A DNA stretch of 64,000 nucleotides from Cenococcum geophilum (taxonomy: Eukaryota): NCBI GenBank assembly GCA_050273025.1, contig CP158635.1, forward strand, positions 20,708,001 through 20,772,000, in the 5' to 3' direction. Below, piece after piece: positions 13,939 through 28,744 of the stretch (the first letter of the stretch is position 1; every line of letters begins with the position of its first letter). A program made the position numbers and the translations under genes. The notes under the pieces were generated by a model. It worked only from the letters and a program-made list of their open reading frames with translations. It was not told the DNA's origin and searched no databases.

Positions 13939-16900
13939 AAAGACACCTAGTATATTACATATTAAAAAGCGCCCAGCGTTAAAACCTAATTATTCTATAT
14001 ATAATTAATAGGAGCTCTTGCTGCACCCGGCTTAAAAAGACTAAAACTAACCAAAAGAACCCTAAAAAACACCTAGAGAATCCCCCTAAGATGTATATAT
14101 CGTAGGGGAGGCACACATCAAACGACGGTAGCTCGCACTCGCGCGCGACCGCTAGAACTACGCCTAGTAATGGCCCTCTACAATAAAGACGGGCGAATAC
14201 TACACCATAAAGCGGAAATACCTCTATTAAGAAGGCATCTAACAAAATATAAAGCCTATTGGACGCATTTAGTATCCAAAATTGCGGGGGAGTAACCGTT
14301 AGCTATAACAAACTAATGCAGCTAGTAGAATGGCTCCGCCAGTCTAGCGAACCTTAGGCGCCCCTTTAGCAAACCCTTAATTAAATCCTCCAACAGCTAA
14401 GCAAAATTAAAAATAAGTATAACCCCCCTTTACCGGCGAACCGCACCTAGGCTGCCGTAGCTGCGCTTTTACAGTATAGGGAACCTACCCCCCTTAAGTT
14501 AATAACTAGGTATATAATTATAATATAACTAAATATAAAATAAGTAGAGGGGCTTAGGGGATAATTAGAAATAGAAGTCCTTATAGAGATACGCAAAGAG
14601 GTCTATAACGCTGTTGTAGTCCGACACCTTAAGAGCGAAGACATTAGAGTTACCCTAAAGGACTAATAGGCAAAGGAATAAGCCGTAAGGGTAGGGGATA
14701 GGCTAAGAGAATGTATTAGTATAAAAGTACTCCGCGAGGATTACCTAGTTAAGGTCCTAGCGGTTCCTATAAGCCTTAGGGTAGAAAAGGGACGCTAGGT
14801 GGATAACACAGCAATTATATAGGAGATAGTAAGATAAACGGAACGCCTTATACTAGGACTCGAAATTACCTAAATCCAATGGCTTTAACAGGAAAATGTA
14901 AACTAAGCATATAATGAGAATAATAAGAGGATATAAGGGTCGCCGGAGACTCGCTAGGGAGACGCCGGACGAACGCATAGCTCCCTTATTGTTAGCATAT
15001 ATATACTAGGAATGTAAAAACTCCTTATCTAAAAAGGAATAATTATAAATGGCCTTATATATAATATAAGGCTCTATAACTACAGACTACGCCTAGAATG
15101 ATGCTATTGCTATATATAATAGGGACATACCTAATCTATATGCGCAGTATAGGTGTGCTGCGGCCACTGTATAGGCCCCTACGATACGAGATATTGCTTA
15201 AATCAAGACTAAACAAAATGCGCGAACTGCCACTAAAGCATATATAAGGCGTGGGAGAGAGAAGACTGCATTAAATATAGGAGACGGAAGGTAAGGGCTT
15301 AATAGCTGCGGGAATAACTGCACGCTAGATTATATAAATGGAAATAACAGGCGATAAGCTAGGGGGACGTAGGCGCCTTCCCAGCGTTTCCTACTTTTAA
15401 TACTGGAGGGCTAGGCTAGCCATCCTAAGCCTTAACGGGCCAGAAGCGACGCTGTGCGACATTACTAGACCGATTAGGGATATAAGGGTCACAGGGGACA
15501 TAAGGAAGAGGACGCCCCGTAGGAAGACCCCTATGGATAGCGATAGTAGGCTTAAGACTAGGACAATTAAGAATTAGACTTAATGCGGCAAATATAATAT
15601 TTGCAGCCGACCTATAAAGGGCATATAGCCGACTAGTAAGAATAGGGGAAGAACTGGTAACAATAACAGATTTAGATATAGAAGCGCTAATAGGAACATA
15701 AAACACGGGAATAAAAAGCTCTATATAAAATGAGTAGTAACTAGGGTGTAGATATAAGAGATAGAAGCTTTAAATATCCTAGAGAAAGTGGAAATAAAAG
15801 AAGTGAGGAATAAAGGAGAGTTAAAGGACCCTTGCCGGGGGTCCGCTACCTATCCATTATATAGTATAACTGCGGCAATACAAACCACCGCCTTGTAAGG
15901 CCCCTACTAGACAGTCTAGACTTAGAGAAATACTATATCCTTACTATATAAGAACCGTATTACAATACCTTTATATAATTAATATACTGCCCCTGAGGAT
16001 TCTAGCTCCTATATAAACTAAAAGTAGCTATATACGTATGCTTTATAATTAGCAAGGCTATTAGCCTGTCCTTATAGTTATAGCAGGCAGTTAACCTAGA
16101 TATTGCAGTTATAATAATCTAAATATATAGGGGACCGGTACAAATTATTAATATATATAACCCTAGGGTCAAAGGGGTCCTATAAATAGAGAATATTATA
16201 TTGGTAATAAGCTTACTGGAAACCGAAGGTATAGAGTCTATCCTATTAGGAGACATAAACCTCTACTACCCGTGGTGGGGGGGTATCTATATTACTGCAG
16301 ATTAATAGTTAGAGTGCCTACTAAGAGCTATGGATATCTAGGGCCTTAAGCTAGCCACCCCCCTAGGAGCAATTATATGGTAATAAGGCACCGCCAAAAG
16401 CATAATTGACCTCATATTTATAGACGAAGGCCTATACTAGAGACTTAAAAGGTGCAACCCTAAAGAAGAATGGGCACTTACCCTAGACTATATCCCTATC
16501 TAGATACAGCTAGACCTAGATACTAAAGCGTAACTAAATAGAAAAAGATACGTAATAAGGAAGCTTAAGACAGACAGTTTTCTTAATGCAGTTAAATAAC
16601 AACTCTAAAACCTAGAAGAAATCCACCTAATACTAAATAAGCGAGGCTTATTGGCCACCCCTAAGGAAATCGACCAAAGACTAGAAAGGATCCAGGCAGC
16701 GATTAAAAATAGGCTGGAAGAGCACTGCCCGATCTTAAAACCGGGCCCCTACGCGCGATACGTATAGTCTACATAATGTGTAGTTCTGGTTACCAGCTAA
16801 TGACGAGTAAGAAGGAAATATATAAGTAGCTATAACCCTAAAGACGAGAGACGATATAAAGATATAAGAAACTAGCTAAAGAATACCCTAAAAAAAGAAG

Positions 16901-19546
16901 CAAGGAATAACTGGAGACGGTTTATAAACAAGTATACTTCTAACCCGAGCCTCCCCCATAATAAGGGCCTTTGGGCTATAGCAAAATGGGCAAAAAAAAA
17001 GGCAGGGCGCCTAGTAGAAGACCTACACCTACTACCCCTACGAAGAGTAGGAGAATTATAGGCTATAAACGATAATAATAAGAAGGCAAAGATCCTTATA
17101 GAAAGGTTCTTCCCCTAACCGGCTTTAGTAGACCTTAGTAATATTACGGGCGAAACACCGGTGACTTACCTGCGGGTCGACAGCGACATAATAATAGAGG
17201 AAATGGCTAGAACTATTAGCCGCCTTTTAAACAATATAGTACTAGGACTAGATAGGATTCTAAATAAGGCCCTAAAAACCTGTGGGCCACTTATAGTACC
17301 TTGGCTTATAGATATAGCTAGAGTATGCTTTACTATAGGCTACTACCCGCGACTTAGAAGATCTATAATAACGGTTATCCTATAAAAAAAAGGTAAAGCA
17401 GATTACTTAATCCTAGGAAGCTACTACCCTATTGCCTTAGAAAACACCCTTAGTAAGATCTTAGAAAGGGTAATAGCGGAACGTATAGTAGACACGGTAG
17501 AGGAACACGCCTTACTACTACAAAGCTAAATAGGGGCAAGAAAGAACCGCTTAACACTATTAGCACTTACGCTACTCGCTGCTACCATTAAATCTACATG
17601 GGCGATGCGAAAGGACTTTATAGTATTAATGCTTAGCCTAGATATTAGTGGTGCCTACAATAATGTACCCTATAAGCGTCTCCTGTATATCCTTAGGGCA
17701 AAGGGCTTCCCAGAATAGATTATATAATTTGTCTAAGGGTTTATAGGCTAAAAAGAAATATTACTAGTCTTTAGCGGATACTAGAGCCCCCCTATTACAG
17801 TTATAACAGGAATACTATAAGGATTACCCCTCTTACCTATACTCTTCCTTTTCTTTATAAGCAACCTGCTTAACTCCTTTAAGAAAGGGGCGACCTAGGG
17901 GATAGGCTTTATTAACAACATAAACCTAATTATATATAGGCTAATAGCCGCAGAGAATTGTAGAACACTAAAGAAAGCCTATAATACTTATATAGAATAG
18001 GCAAAACGTTATAGAGTCCAATTCTTACCAGAGAAATACCAGCTAATCTATTTTATAAGAAAACGTAACCAATCTATAGATCTCTAGCATATAATTCGCA
18101 TCTAAGGCTTTAGGGGTTAACTAGTTTAGGGCCTAAGGGTATTAGGAGTATGGGTAGACAGCAAGCTCTAGTGGAGCGCATATACGGCATAAGCGGCCCA
18201 TAAAGGCTAAGCATAGTTCATCGCTTTATCTAGGATTGTTAACTCTATATAGGGTCCATGCTTCTAGAGGTCACGCTTACTATATACAGCAGTTGTCCGG
18301 CCAACTATAATATATAGATCTAGTATTTGGGCCATTAGAGAAACTAAGAAGGGCCCCCCTAAATTACTCCTTAAACTACTTTAAAAGGTCTAAACAGCCT
18401 GCCTTTAAAGTATCATAGGCGGGTACAAGCGAACGGCCACAGCACTGCTTAAGAAGGAATCCAATATTCCCCCCCTATAGTTATATATTAAAGCCGCTGT
18501 AATATAAAGGACGCAAAATAAACGCAACTCTAATGTTATAAAGTACATTAAGACACGCCTAAGTAAACTATAGAGGGACCCTAGGGTGCCCCGTAGGAGA
18601 ATAAACCAACAACTCTAAAGTAGGGAAGAGATATTAGAGAAATAGGTAAAGAAAGCAGAAGAAGAATAGTGCCGCTTTAGGGCCTAGGCCTATATAGAGG
18701 AGGAAGGGAGACGTGTAAGAGGTTAGCAAAGACAATAGTAAGACAGAGAAAGGAGCTAAAGTAGAACACATAAGAATGCCGGGAAACTATCTACCGTAAT
18801 GCAATACTAGTTAGACTAACGCTAGAGAGGCGAATAGGAGTTAAAGGTATAGAGGCTGACTTAGGCAAGACAAACCTAAGCTATAGTATGGTTAACGCTA
18901 TAGGGGGTAAATACCTAAGGGCTCTGAGAAGGCCTAATAAAGGCAGAAAACATAATAGTAACACTTTTAAGAACAGGAATAATAGGACTAAAAGATTGGC
19001 TTTACTAGGTGGGTGTCCTAGTAGGTAGCCTAAGATGCGAATATAGCTGGCTAAGATAGACACCAAAACACGTAATACTGCTATGCCCCCTACGCACTAA
19101 TTAAGAAATAATGCTCTTAGCAGCTAGCATAGAGAACTATAATACACTGCTTTTAATATAAAAAGGCCTTAAGGCGGTTACCTAGTAGCTTATTAGTTAA
19201 AATATACTAAATTAGTTCCGGGTTGCAAGGGAAATAGTAATAGAAGGCAAGGGGGCGAGCAGCAGGTACCCCCTAGTAACTCTACAGTAGTAGAGTAATA
19301 GTTTATGATACTAGCGCGTCTATAGGCTTGTTACGGCAGCAGTGGTTCCTAAGGAGGTTAAATAGTAAGGTAGTAGAGCACTATAGGCGACTCGCAGGCG
19401 CTAAGTAGGCGAGTCCTAAAAGGCGGGGAGATGGATTACGGGGTTTTCTCATTTTTCTTAAATAGAGTTTTCTCCCTATATGTAAATAAGGAGTAGTCCA
19501 TATGGGCCCAATAGGGATCTAAATCGGACGTTAAGCAATAAATTAT
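13939..19546 (+). mobile_element. Tad1-like LINE (LINE-2), apparently full length, RIP-inactivated
   Basis: 14-bp TSD TATATATTATACGC at 13925-13938 and 19547-19560; ORF1 CCHC knuckles ~15100-15260; APE LGDMNLHHPWWGG-like ~16246; RT GFVDD-like ~17905; C-terminal CxC..H..C ~19037-19090; AATAAA at 19537. No RNase H seen. Confidence 0.92.
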
Positions 19547-22327
19547 TATATATTATACGCATTATCTATATATATAATCTATGCTAATATATAATATGCT
19601 TAGTACCTTAGGTTAACTCTTAGCTTATTTTTATCCCTAAGTTTAAACCTTTCTTGTATTAATTTAAGCGTTATAACTTTATTTACTAGTACTAAAATTT
19701 ACCTTTTACTTCTCTAGTCCTCTAATTACTCCTTTAGATCCTTTAATATTATAATTAAGGCTTCTTTAATATGAGTTATAGCTTTTTTTTATAATTAGGT
19801 GGTCCTAAATAACTTTTTCGTCCAACTATATATAGAAATCTTCCTACTTATTATTATGTTATTGTCTATACCACTTTTAGTATAACCCCTTAAGTATATA
19901 CGGCTTATCCGTAAGGAAGTATTTTCTTATTACTGCGTTATAACAGCCCTTTATGTGTCGTTCCTTAAACCTAGTTAAAATCCCTAAATCCTCTTCTTAT
20001 TCCAGTTTAGTAAGCCACTTAGCTCTTAGTGTGCCTATCTTAGGCCTATTAGTAACCTTTTATATAAATACTCTATCCCTTATACGTCCTAATATGCTAG
20101 ATCTCTTATCTAGTTTCTATTCTTACTATACAGCAATTCTTACTCTAAATTCTGCTATAGTTTCTCTTTTTTTGCGTCTTATAAGTAAATCCTTAAAGTT
20201 TTCTTGCTTCTTAATCTTGGTATTAAACTTTTAATCTTTAAGCTAAACCTCTTATTTACTTAGTAGGTCCTCTAGGTTTATATATTTATCTTCTAATCTA
20301 ACTGCTATTTATATTATAGATTCTCTAATCTATAACAAAGCCTCATACTTCTTATTTATAGGTGTCCTTATTTATACTCCGAATTCTTAATCCCTTAGAT
20401 TCTTTAATCCTAAGCTTACTTCTAACTTAAGCTTTACTCCTACCTTAGTCTAACTAAGCGTCTATAGTGTTTTTATCTTATTTTAAGAGTTTTAAATTTT
20501 ACTTATCTTATCTTAAGAGTCTTATGCCTCTAGGAATTTCTGTCCTAAGCTTATTTATATATCTCTAAACTAAGCTACTACTCTGCTCTATTAGTTGTCG
20601 TCTATTATAGGTCCTTAAGCTATCCTTATTCTATCTTTAGAATCTTAAATCTCTCTTATCTCTTCTTAAAAGTCTTAAGCCTTTGGCCTTTTACCTTTAT
20701 TAAGTAATAAATTAGCACTAGCAGTCGTCTACTTACTTAATCTCTTTAAGATACTCTTCCTTTTATCTTATAAAGCGATAAATGCCGTATCCAACAGTAT
20801 TATAATGCCCGTTACTAAACCTTGCTCTATAATAGTCTTAGTCTCTGCTTTTATAGTTACGTTATTAAGGTTTAAATACCCCTAGTTAGTTCCTTTATCT
20901 TCCTTACCGCTATTAATTAATAAATACTTTAATTCTATTGTTATTATTACTAATTATTGTCCGCACGTTACTATAATATCCTAATTTAGCTTATAGAGTT
21001 AATCTTATTTTTTATCTAACTCTTTAGTTCCTCTAAGTCCTCTTAACTCTAGCTTTTATAGCCAATAGCTTGCGCCATACTTAGCGTCTTTATAAATTTA
21101 GTATGCGTTATTATAATAAAACGCAAAACTTCTAATTAAATACTCTTTTATTCCTTATAGTACACTATTATCCCTTTATACATATGTGTTGTCTACTATT
21201 AGTCTAGTTCCCTTTATTATATAGTAACTCTAACCATCTTTATAATCCCTCGCGAAGTAACCTTATTTTCCGTAATTTATATAAGCTCCGTCTCTAAACT
21301 ATTAACTTTGCTATAAAGTCCGCCTAAATATCTTCTGCTGCTAAGATCCCTGGTTTAGCCTTTGCTCCTTAATCCTATAATTACTAGATCCTTAACCTCT
21401 AGGTTTCTATAGTTTCTTACTTTATCTCTTATAGGTTTCTTTAGTACTACTTAGGTCTATTAGCTCTGCGCTATACTATAGTTTTTAACTTAGCTTTAGT
21501 TATTATATACTCTACGCCTTATATAACTATAGAACTCTATCCTAACCTCTCTTAGCCTGTTCCCTTTAGTAAATCCTATTATTAATCTTTATTACTTAAT
21601 CTATTAAATCCCTTAGGGTATCCGCATTTTTTATTAGAATAATTACGTCCTAGACTTTAGCCTTAAGTCCCTATTTATACTATGCTATAAGCGCCCTATT
21701 ATTCCACTTAACTTATATTACTAGCGTTTAGAACTACGTTATATACTTAATTGCTAAGGTTTATTACGTAATGTCTTAAAGCTTTCTTTCTGCTATAGTC
21801 GTTGCCTTTAGATCTCTAAATATTTATATTAGTCGCTTTATAAACCCCTTTTAACTTAAGAATATAAACCATACGTCCTAATTGGTGGTTATTATTCTAT
21901 TAGCCTGTATCTCTATAAGGTAAGATTTAAACTATTTAAGTGCCTTTCCTAACAGGAATAGCCCTATATACGCTATTTAATCTATAGGTATTACCAGCTT
22001 TGCTCCTTCCTATGCTACCTTAAAATACATTTGCGTAAGGAATTCTTTAAGCTTTAATCTCTCTCCTAAGAATCTTTTAATTAATAGTAACTTAACCTTT
22101 ACTACGCCTATTCCGTTAATCCTCTATTTAAGTATTACGTTATTCTCTATTAACTAGTTAATTATCTCTTATAACTATCTAACCGTTATAGGTTGTTGTA
22201 AGTTAGTGTCTACTATACTAGTATCGCCTCCTAACCTTAAAGTAGTTGCCGCCGTTAATGGCGTTATAGTAGCTGCTTTTGGTAGCATATTGTTTGACTT
22301 ATTAAAACCGTAACTAGGTAGTAATTA

Positions 22328-22749
22328 TGTAACGGAACCTTATAGTAAGTGCTATAATATGTTTATTATTGGGCTAGGTGTATAGGTATTGCAAGTAAGT
22401 TAACAACGTAATAATAACTGGTAGAGTGGTTGCCTAACAGATTAACTCTAATTATATTCTAAGAATTACTATAAGGAAAGAACTATCTAGTGTAGGGACT
22501 GTGGTCCTTTAAATATATAACCGTACTTCTAGGAAACCCTCCTTATATATAAGGTACGTATGCTCTATTTGCTCTATTATAGATTATATAGATTTTATAG
22601 ATTATATAGATCGTATTATGTAACTTGGCTACTATTCCTCGTTACATAGTTCTATTGGTTCTATCTTAGACTATACCTATATTAACTAACTAGCTTCTTC
22701 TAACTCCTCTCTAAGTAGTCGTAATATTGTACTTAAAGCGTCCGTAATA
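22328..22749 (-). repeat. 5' LTR of Gypsy A
   Basis: Direct repeat of 1301-1726, followed by TSD AATAT. Confidence 0.95.
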
Positions 22750-25680
22750 AATATAGCAAATAGCATAACTAGAATAAGACTAATGGAAGTAGACGGAATA
22801 TAAAGATAAAAGAGACTAGTAGAGGGCTCTGTAAAAAGCCTAAAAGAAAGAGCAATATAAGAAAGAGAAGTAAGTAGGATAGTAAGCGCTAAGAGCTTAT
22901 AAAGAGACGTATTACCGATTTGTCCCAAGCTAAGTAAATATATTACTATTAAACTAAAGTTTAGTAAAAAGAAGACGTAATATCTAGCTATAGCTGTAGC
23001 CGAAGTAAACAATAAAGCCAAATATAGGAGGAGGTAATTAAGGTTAAAATAGATAAATAGGCTAATATTAAGGATAATAGCTTAGATTTTAGCTAAAGCT
23101 CTTAAAGCTCCTAGTACTCTATAAGGAGCTAAGGCAAAGCTTATACACTATAGATAAATATCTTAGGTCGTTCCTAATAATAGACAACCTAGGTATCTAC
23201 ACTATTAAGGTACTATAATATAATATAGAAAAGAGCTACCTATAAATATAAGAGCTCCTTTGGGATAAATAGACGTGGTAGTATAATATACTAGCTATAT
23301 AGGAAGTATAGCGTAGCGAGAGACTAGAACGGGACCTCCCTATAACTACTAACCTAATTAGTAACAGATTCTACTTATATTAACCCCCCTATTTAGGGAC
23401 GAGAGTGTACCTTTTTATTAACAGAAGCATTCTAATTAGATATCTCCGTATTACGGACTATAGACAAAACCTAGTTATAGTATTAATTATAAATTAAGGA
23501 GAATACTAGCAGCATATAATTACCGTATTTAACGTCTATAACTTAAACCCCCTCCTACTATATAATAGGCTAGACGGGCTCCTAAGGGGCTATATACTCC
23601 CAAAACTAAATAATGCCTTAAGAAGAATAAGAGGACCAAACTATAGCACTATAGTAGTTGGAGACTTTAATCTCCACTACCTTAGATAGGGAGGGCCTAA
23701 AGCTAGGCCTAACTGCAGAGTAGTAGTAGAATACCTTATTAAGGTAATAGAGAATAATGAACTTAAACTAAGCTTTAAAACAGGATTAATTATAAGGCTA
23801 GCTAAAGGAGTAGGTATAAACCCCTCTATAATTAATCTTAGCCTTATTACTCCTAATATGGCTAACCACCTAATTTAATTAAGGGTTAATATGGAACTAG
23901 ATAAAGGATCTAACTACCTCCTAGTTAAGACCGTCTTTAGATATTAATTAGAACGAAATTAGAAGCCTATATAGTAAATCTTTAAGAAAATAAATAAAGA
24001 AATATTTTATAATGTGCTCTAAAAGCTACCTAAAGTACTACTAACCCTACCATAAGATTAGATTAATATAATAGTTGTTAAAATTATTGATATACTTATA
24101 AAGGCCATGGAACTGTCTATACTAATAGTAAAGATTGGCCCAAGATCCGAACCAGGATAAACGGAAAAATGTACTAAAGTAATTAAAGCAGAGAGAAGAG
24201 TATAAAGACACTATAATAGGTTCCTAATAGAAGAGAACTATACCGTATTATAGATAGTAAGGAGAGAAAAGACTAAAGCTATTAAGAAGGCTATAAGAAC
24301 GGAATATAGAGATAGAGTTAGTAAGGTTAAGGACATAAAGGGACTATAGTCCCTATATGCTTACGCTAAAAGGAGGAATATTATAAGGACTATATTTACA
24401 CTAGATATTAGAGATGTAATAGGTACCCTATAACGTACGGTAGAAGAAAAGACAGTAGCCCTAAAAGGCTCTTTCTTCCCTATACCGCCTATAGTAAATC
24501 TAAAAGATATATACGAGTACTAATATCTAAACCTAATATAAATCCCAGAGATTATAATATAGGAAGTAGAAGAAGCTATTAGAATAACTAGCCCGGATAA
24601 GGCACTAGGGGAGGATTAGCTCCTAAGCCGTGTACTCTATAAAGCCATTTAGGAACTAAAAGAACTACTTACCTGACTTTTTAACTACTGCCTTATAGTA
24701 AGATACTGCCTAGCACACTTTAGAAGATCTATTACGGTAGCACTCCGAAAACTAAGGAAAGGGGACTTTAAAAACCCTAAGATATATAGACTAATTGCCT
24801 TACTAAATATAGTAGGAAAAGTAATGGATAAAGTGCTTGTAAAACGGCTACTCTTTATAGCGGACGCCTACGGCCTCCTACTATATACCTATATGGGTGG
24901 AAGAGCAGCAGCCGGTTATAAATACGTAGTACACCTTCTCCTAGAGAAGATATATGCGTTATAGCAAACGGGAGAGGAAGATATAGTAAGCTTATTTATA
25001 CTAGACGTAAGCGGAGCTTTTAATAACGTATTATACTATAGGCTTATTTACTACCTCTAGAAACGAAGAATACCTACCCTAATAGCTAAGTGGATTAGCA
25101 GCTTTCTTATAGGAAGATCTACCTACATTAAATTACTAGAAGGCATATTAAAAAGATTCCCTACACTAATAGGGATCCTATAAGGCTTACCAATATTACC
25201 AATTCTCTATCTATTTTATAACGCTAACCTTTTAGATATAGCTATAAATAAGGACGGGTTCAGGCACGGACTTATTACGGGCTATATTAATAATATAAGC
25301 ATTATAGTAAACGGAAGAACTATAGAAGAAATAATAAAGACGTTAGCGATGCTGTATAAAAGGGCGGAAAAATAGGTAAACTAGCACGCCTTAGTATTCA
25401 CACCACAGAAATACAAGCCTATACACTTTATCCCACTAAGAAAAAAAATATTAGAGAAGAATAGGAAGCGCCCGCTAGTACTCTAATTAAAGAATGGAAG
25501 GATATAGACAATCTAGCCAACTATAAAGGCCTAATACTTAGGAGTTATTCTAGACAACTAACTCTCCAGAAAGGTATACTTAGACTACGTCGTTAAACGA
25601 TTAACGGGCTAGCTTATATGCCTATCTAGCATCGCAGGATCTATATAAGGCATTATAACCAGATATATAAGATAGCTATA

Positions 25681-28600
25681 TCCCTTACACCGATATCGTC
25701 CTTAGAGGTGTGGCCCGTGCACGCGATTAAGAACATCGACTTCCTCGCGTCAAGTCGTAAATAGATAACTTTATCAATTAAATACACCACTAAAATGGTG
25801 CGTAATTATATATCCAATAACACTAATCTTGTACAGCCTACTTAATATACTGTTTCCAAAAATTGGGTCGTAAAAAGCCACTGCTTTGGGCTCTAGCACT
25901 TCCTCCTTTCGAGAGCTCTCGTGGTGCGGCAGAATAACTTACCTCCCGTGTATGCACCTCACAGGCTTGCGGGTAACAAGGCCGACAAGCTTGTCTAACA
26001 AACAAGTTGTCGGGCCAACAATATCGGTCGATAAGCAACAACAACAGAACAAGTTTTCTAAAAATATCTTTAAAATAAAAATTATATCGATACTAAGGAC
26101 TATAAGATATTTATTTTAAGGAATAAAAGAGTAGATTTTCTATATTATATAATAAAGAAGCTATAATAGAACACTTAAAATTCTTTAATCTGCCCAATCC
26201 TTTACACATTCAGTCTCTTTAAGTATTTTTATACTTATTGTTATACGATCCCATAGAATTCGACGTTAAGAGCCTAAAAATACTCTCTCTAGCTTATTGC
26301 TTATTCTAGGAATTAAGAGAATCTTAATTATAAGGAGCGAGAGCCGTAGAAACCTAAGACGCTAAGATAATTAACTCCACCAATTAATAGCTTTTATACG
26401 AACTCTTAAACTTATCCTTGCTTTATAGACGAGTAGCCTATAAGCCTCACTTACAAATAGCTCTTTAAAAGACAGAGAGCTCTTCTTTATCAACCTCCGG
26501 CCTACCCCTTTAGGCATTATACGACAGAGTAGTATCTGGAGATAGCGCTTTATCGCGGAATCTCTCCTAGAGCTTTCATATAATATAGAGCTGCTTCTCT
26601 CTAGTAGTACCTATCCTATTATTTTAATCCTTTAAGAAAGCCATATAACGTTTAGGATTCAAAATCCAAGCAGCTAGATAGTATGGAGATTTTAAGAGCT
26701 TTTTTATATACTTTTTAAGCTTTTCCTCAGCTTATACAAGGCAAGGAAGTATAAAGTTATCCTTGCTTAAAGAAGCTAATTCCTAAAAAGAAAGAATTAG
26801 TAAAAGAAACATAATAAGAAGTTGTATAATAAACCCTTATTATTTAAATAAGCTCTTAAAGAGTATTAATTAATTCTAAAACTCTTTCTAATATTATATA
26901 ATCTCCCTAAAGAAAAAGAGTTATATTATAGAAAGCTTTAAGGAAGTTATAAATCGTACAAAGCTAAATCTAGTCATCTATTATAAGAACATCCGCTTTT
27001 AGAATATCTTTCTTATAGTACTTAACATAGAGTTAAAGCCTAGCCTTTACCTAATCCTCTAGAGCCACTAATAACATATTAAACCAGCTATTCCATCTTA
27101 TACAATTATTAAGAGAAATAACTTTCTTAGCTTTGCTCTTAAACTATATTATACAATTTACTAAAGAATAGATATAAACAATATTATTATAAAGCTTTCC
27201 TATTAGTCCTATAATTTCTTAAATATTTTTACCCCTTTTATCTAACTTGTCTTTTTAAAACAAGGGTTTCATCTTTACTTCTCCTTTTGCTAGCTTTTTT
27301 ACTTATTATATAACTTCTTCTTCTAGTTCTACGGCATTCTTTTTCCCCTTTCCCCTCTTTCTAATTAGTGTCTTTATTAGTACCGGCTATTATATAACTT
27401 CGTCCTCACTTTTATCCTCTTCCTCCTCCGCCTTCTCCTCCTCCTCCTCCTCCTCTTCTTCTTCTTCTTCTTTCTTATCCTCTTTATTATACAACGCCAT
27501 AAGCTTTTTATACTTCTTTAAGGTAAAAAGGAAGGCCTAAACAATAAGATTAATAACATGCCCCTAACAGCAAATTCTTTAATACTCCGCGTTCTAGGAA
27601 ATCTTATATCTTAGCGAGAGCTATATAGCAATCATACAACATAGAACGTCATTTAAGCCCACATTATCGCCAACAAGAGCTCTAATCTTTATTTTAATTC
27701 TATACAACTCAAGAACGGGTTAAAGTGCCTCCTATTAATCCTTACCACTTTAACTATGCACTATACAAAGGCCAATTAAGATGTTTTAATATTAATCCTA
27801 AATATTAAGGAAGCTTGCGCAGATTCCAAGTATAAGAGAATAATTAGGAAAGGTCTAGATATTAACCGCAAGGTGGATATTTATCTTTACAGACTAAAGA
27901 ACTCGTTATATAATATCCTGGCTTTTAGTAAAGTAGCTATAAATCCAATCCATAATTGTTAAGTAGTATATTAAAACGATATTAAGATTCGCTGCTTCTT
28001 GGTTTAATACTTTAACAAAAGTATAAAACTCTAGCCACTCAACACATAAGAATAGAAGCCGTCGTACAATAATAAGATCCAGAAGTGTTTGTTTAATAAT
28101 ACCCTTCTCCACTATACGACATAGAACCTCGCCCTTAAGCCCCTAAACCTCTCCCTTTACTAGAAGCTTTTTATAGAGTACTTAAATTAATTCCTTTCCT
28201 TTATCTCGTACTATTATACAAGACTCATTCTCTTCCCAGCTCCATATTATATCGTGCATTCTTTTAAGATAGCCACAAAGCCCTATTATTAAGGCATGCC
28301 ATCCTTCTAGATTATCTAGAAAACAGTATTTACAGAGGTATCTCTTCTTTATACAAAGCTTATCTTCTTTAATAACCTCACAAGTATATTAGTAAATTAA
28401 GGAGAATTTTATAGAACCTTCTTTTATACGACTTATTAAGGTTAAACCTATATTAGTATCAGCGCTTAAAAAACCAGAATAAGTATTACTATCAAATTTA
28501 TCAGATAGAATATCACTCTAATTAGCCATTTTATCCTTTATATAATAAAGAAAGAAGAAAAAGATTAAAAAAGTAGAAATACCAAGCCTTTATTAGAACA

Positions 28601-28744
28601 ATTGTTCCGACAAAGGCTTGTCGGGCCAACAGCTTGTTTGTCGAACAATTGTCGGACAAGAACCTTATCGACCGCAGGCCTGGCACCTCATTAATTGGTG
28701 CGCACGGGCCACAGCTCTAAGGACGCAGTTATCGGTGCAAGGGA
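25681..28744. mobile_element. Tc1/mariner-type MITE (~335 bp), split by hAT-1
   Basis: Imperfect ~45-bp TIRs TCCCTT(A/G)CACCGATA..CGTCCTTAGAG.TGTGGCCCGTGC; TA duplicated at 25679-25680 and 28745-28746; LINE-1 ORF2 rejoins across it. Confidence 0.88.
25962..28682 (-). mobile_element. hAT transposon (hAT-1) with transposase pseudogene ~26200-28529
   Basis: TIR CAGGC(C/T)TGCGG; exact 8-bp TSD GCACCTCA (25954-25961, 28683-28690); minus-strand TRWNSW-like ~27090 and IPGMSDKPERVFS-like ~26275-26320; subterminal CCGACAA repeats. Confidence 0.93.

Larger units (their letters stand above)
1301..22749 (-). mobile_element. Full-length Ty3/Gypsy chromovirus-type element (family A), RIP-inactivated
   Basis: LTRs 1301-1726 and 22328-22749 (TGTAAC..GTAACA, RIPed); TSD AATAT at 1296-1300 and 22750-22754; PPT complement ccatctccctcctc at 1727; on the minus strand protease LIDSGA ~13505, RT YLDD ~11940, RNase H, integrase, chromodomain Y.VKWTGYDETTWEP ~3100-3150. 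Confidence 0.95.

Noticed and set aside
27400..27485. Standalone TCC/TTC microsatellite
   Set aside because: Encodes an acidic linker within the hAT-1 transposase.
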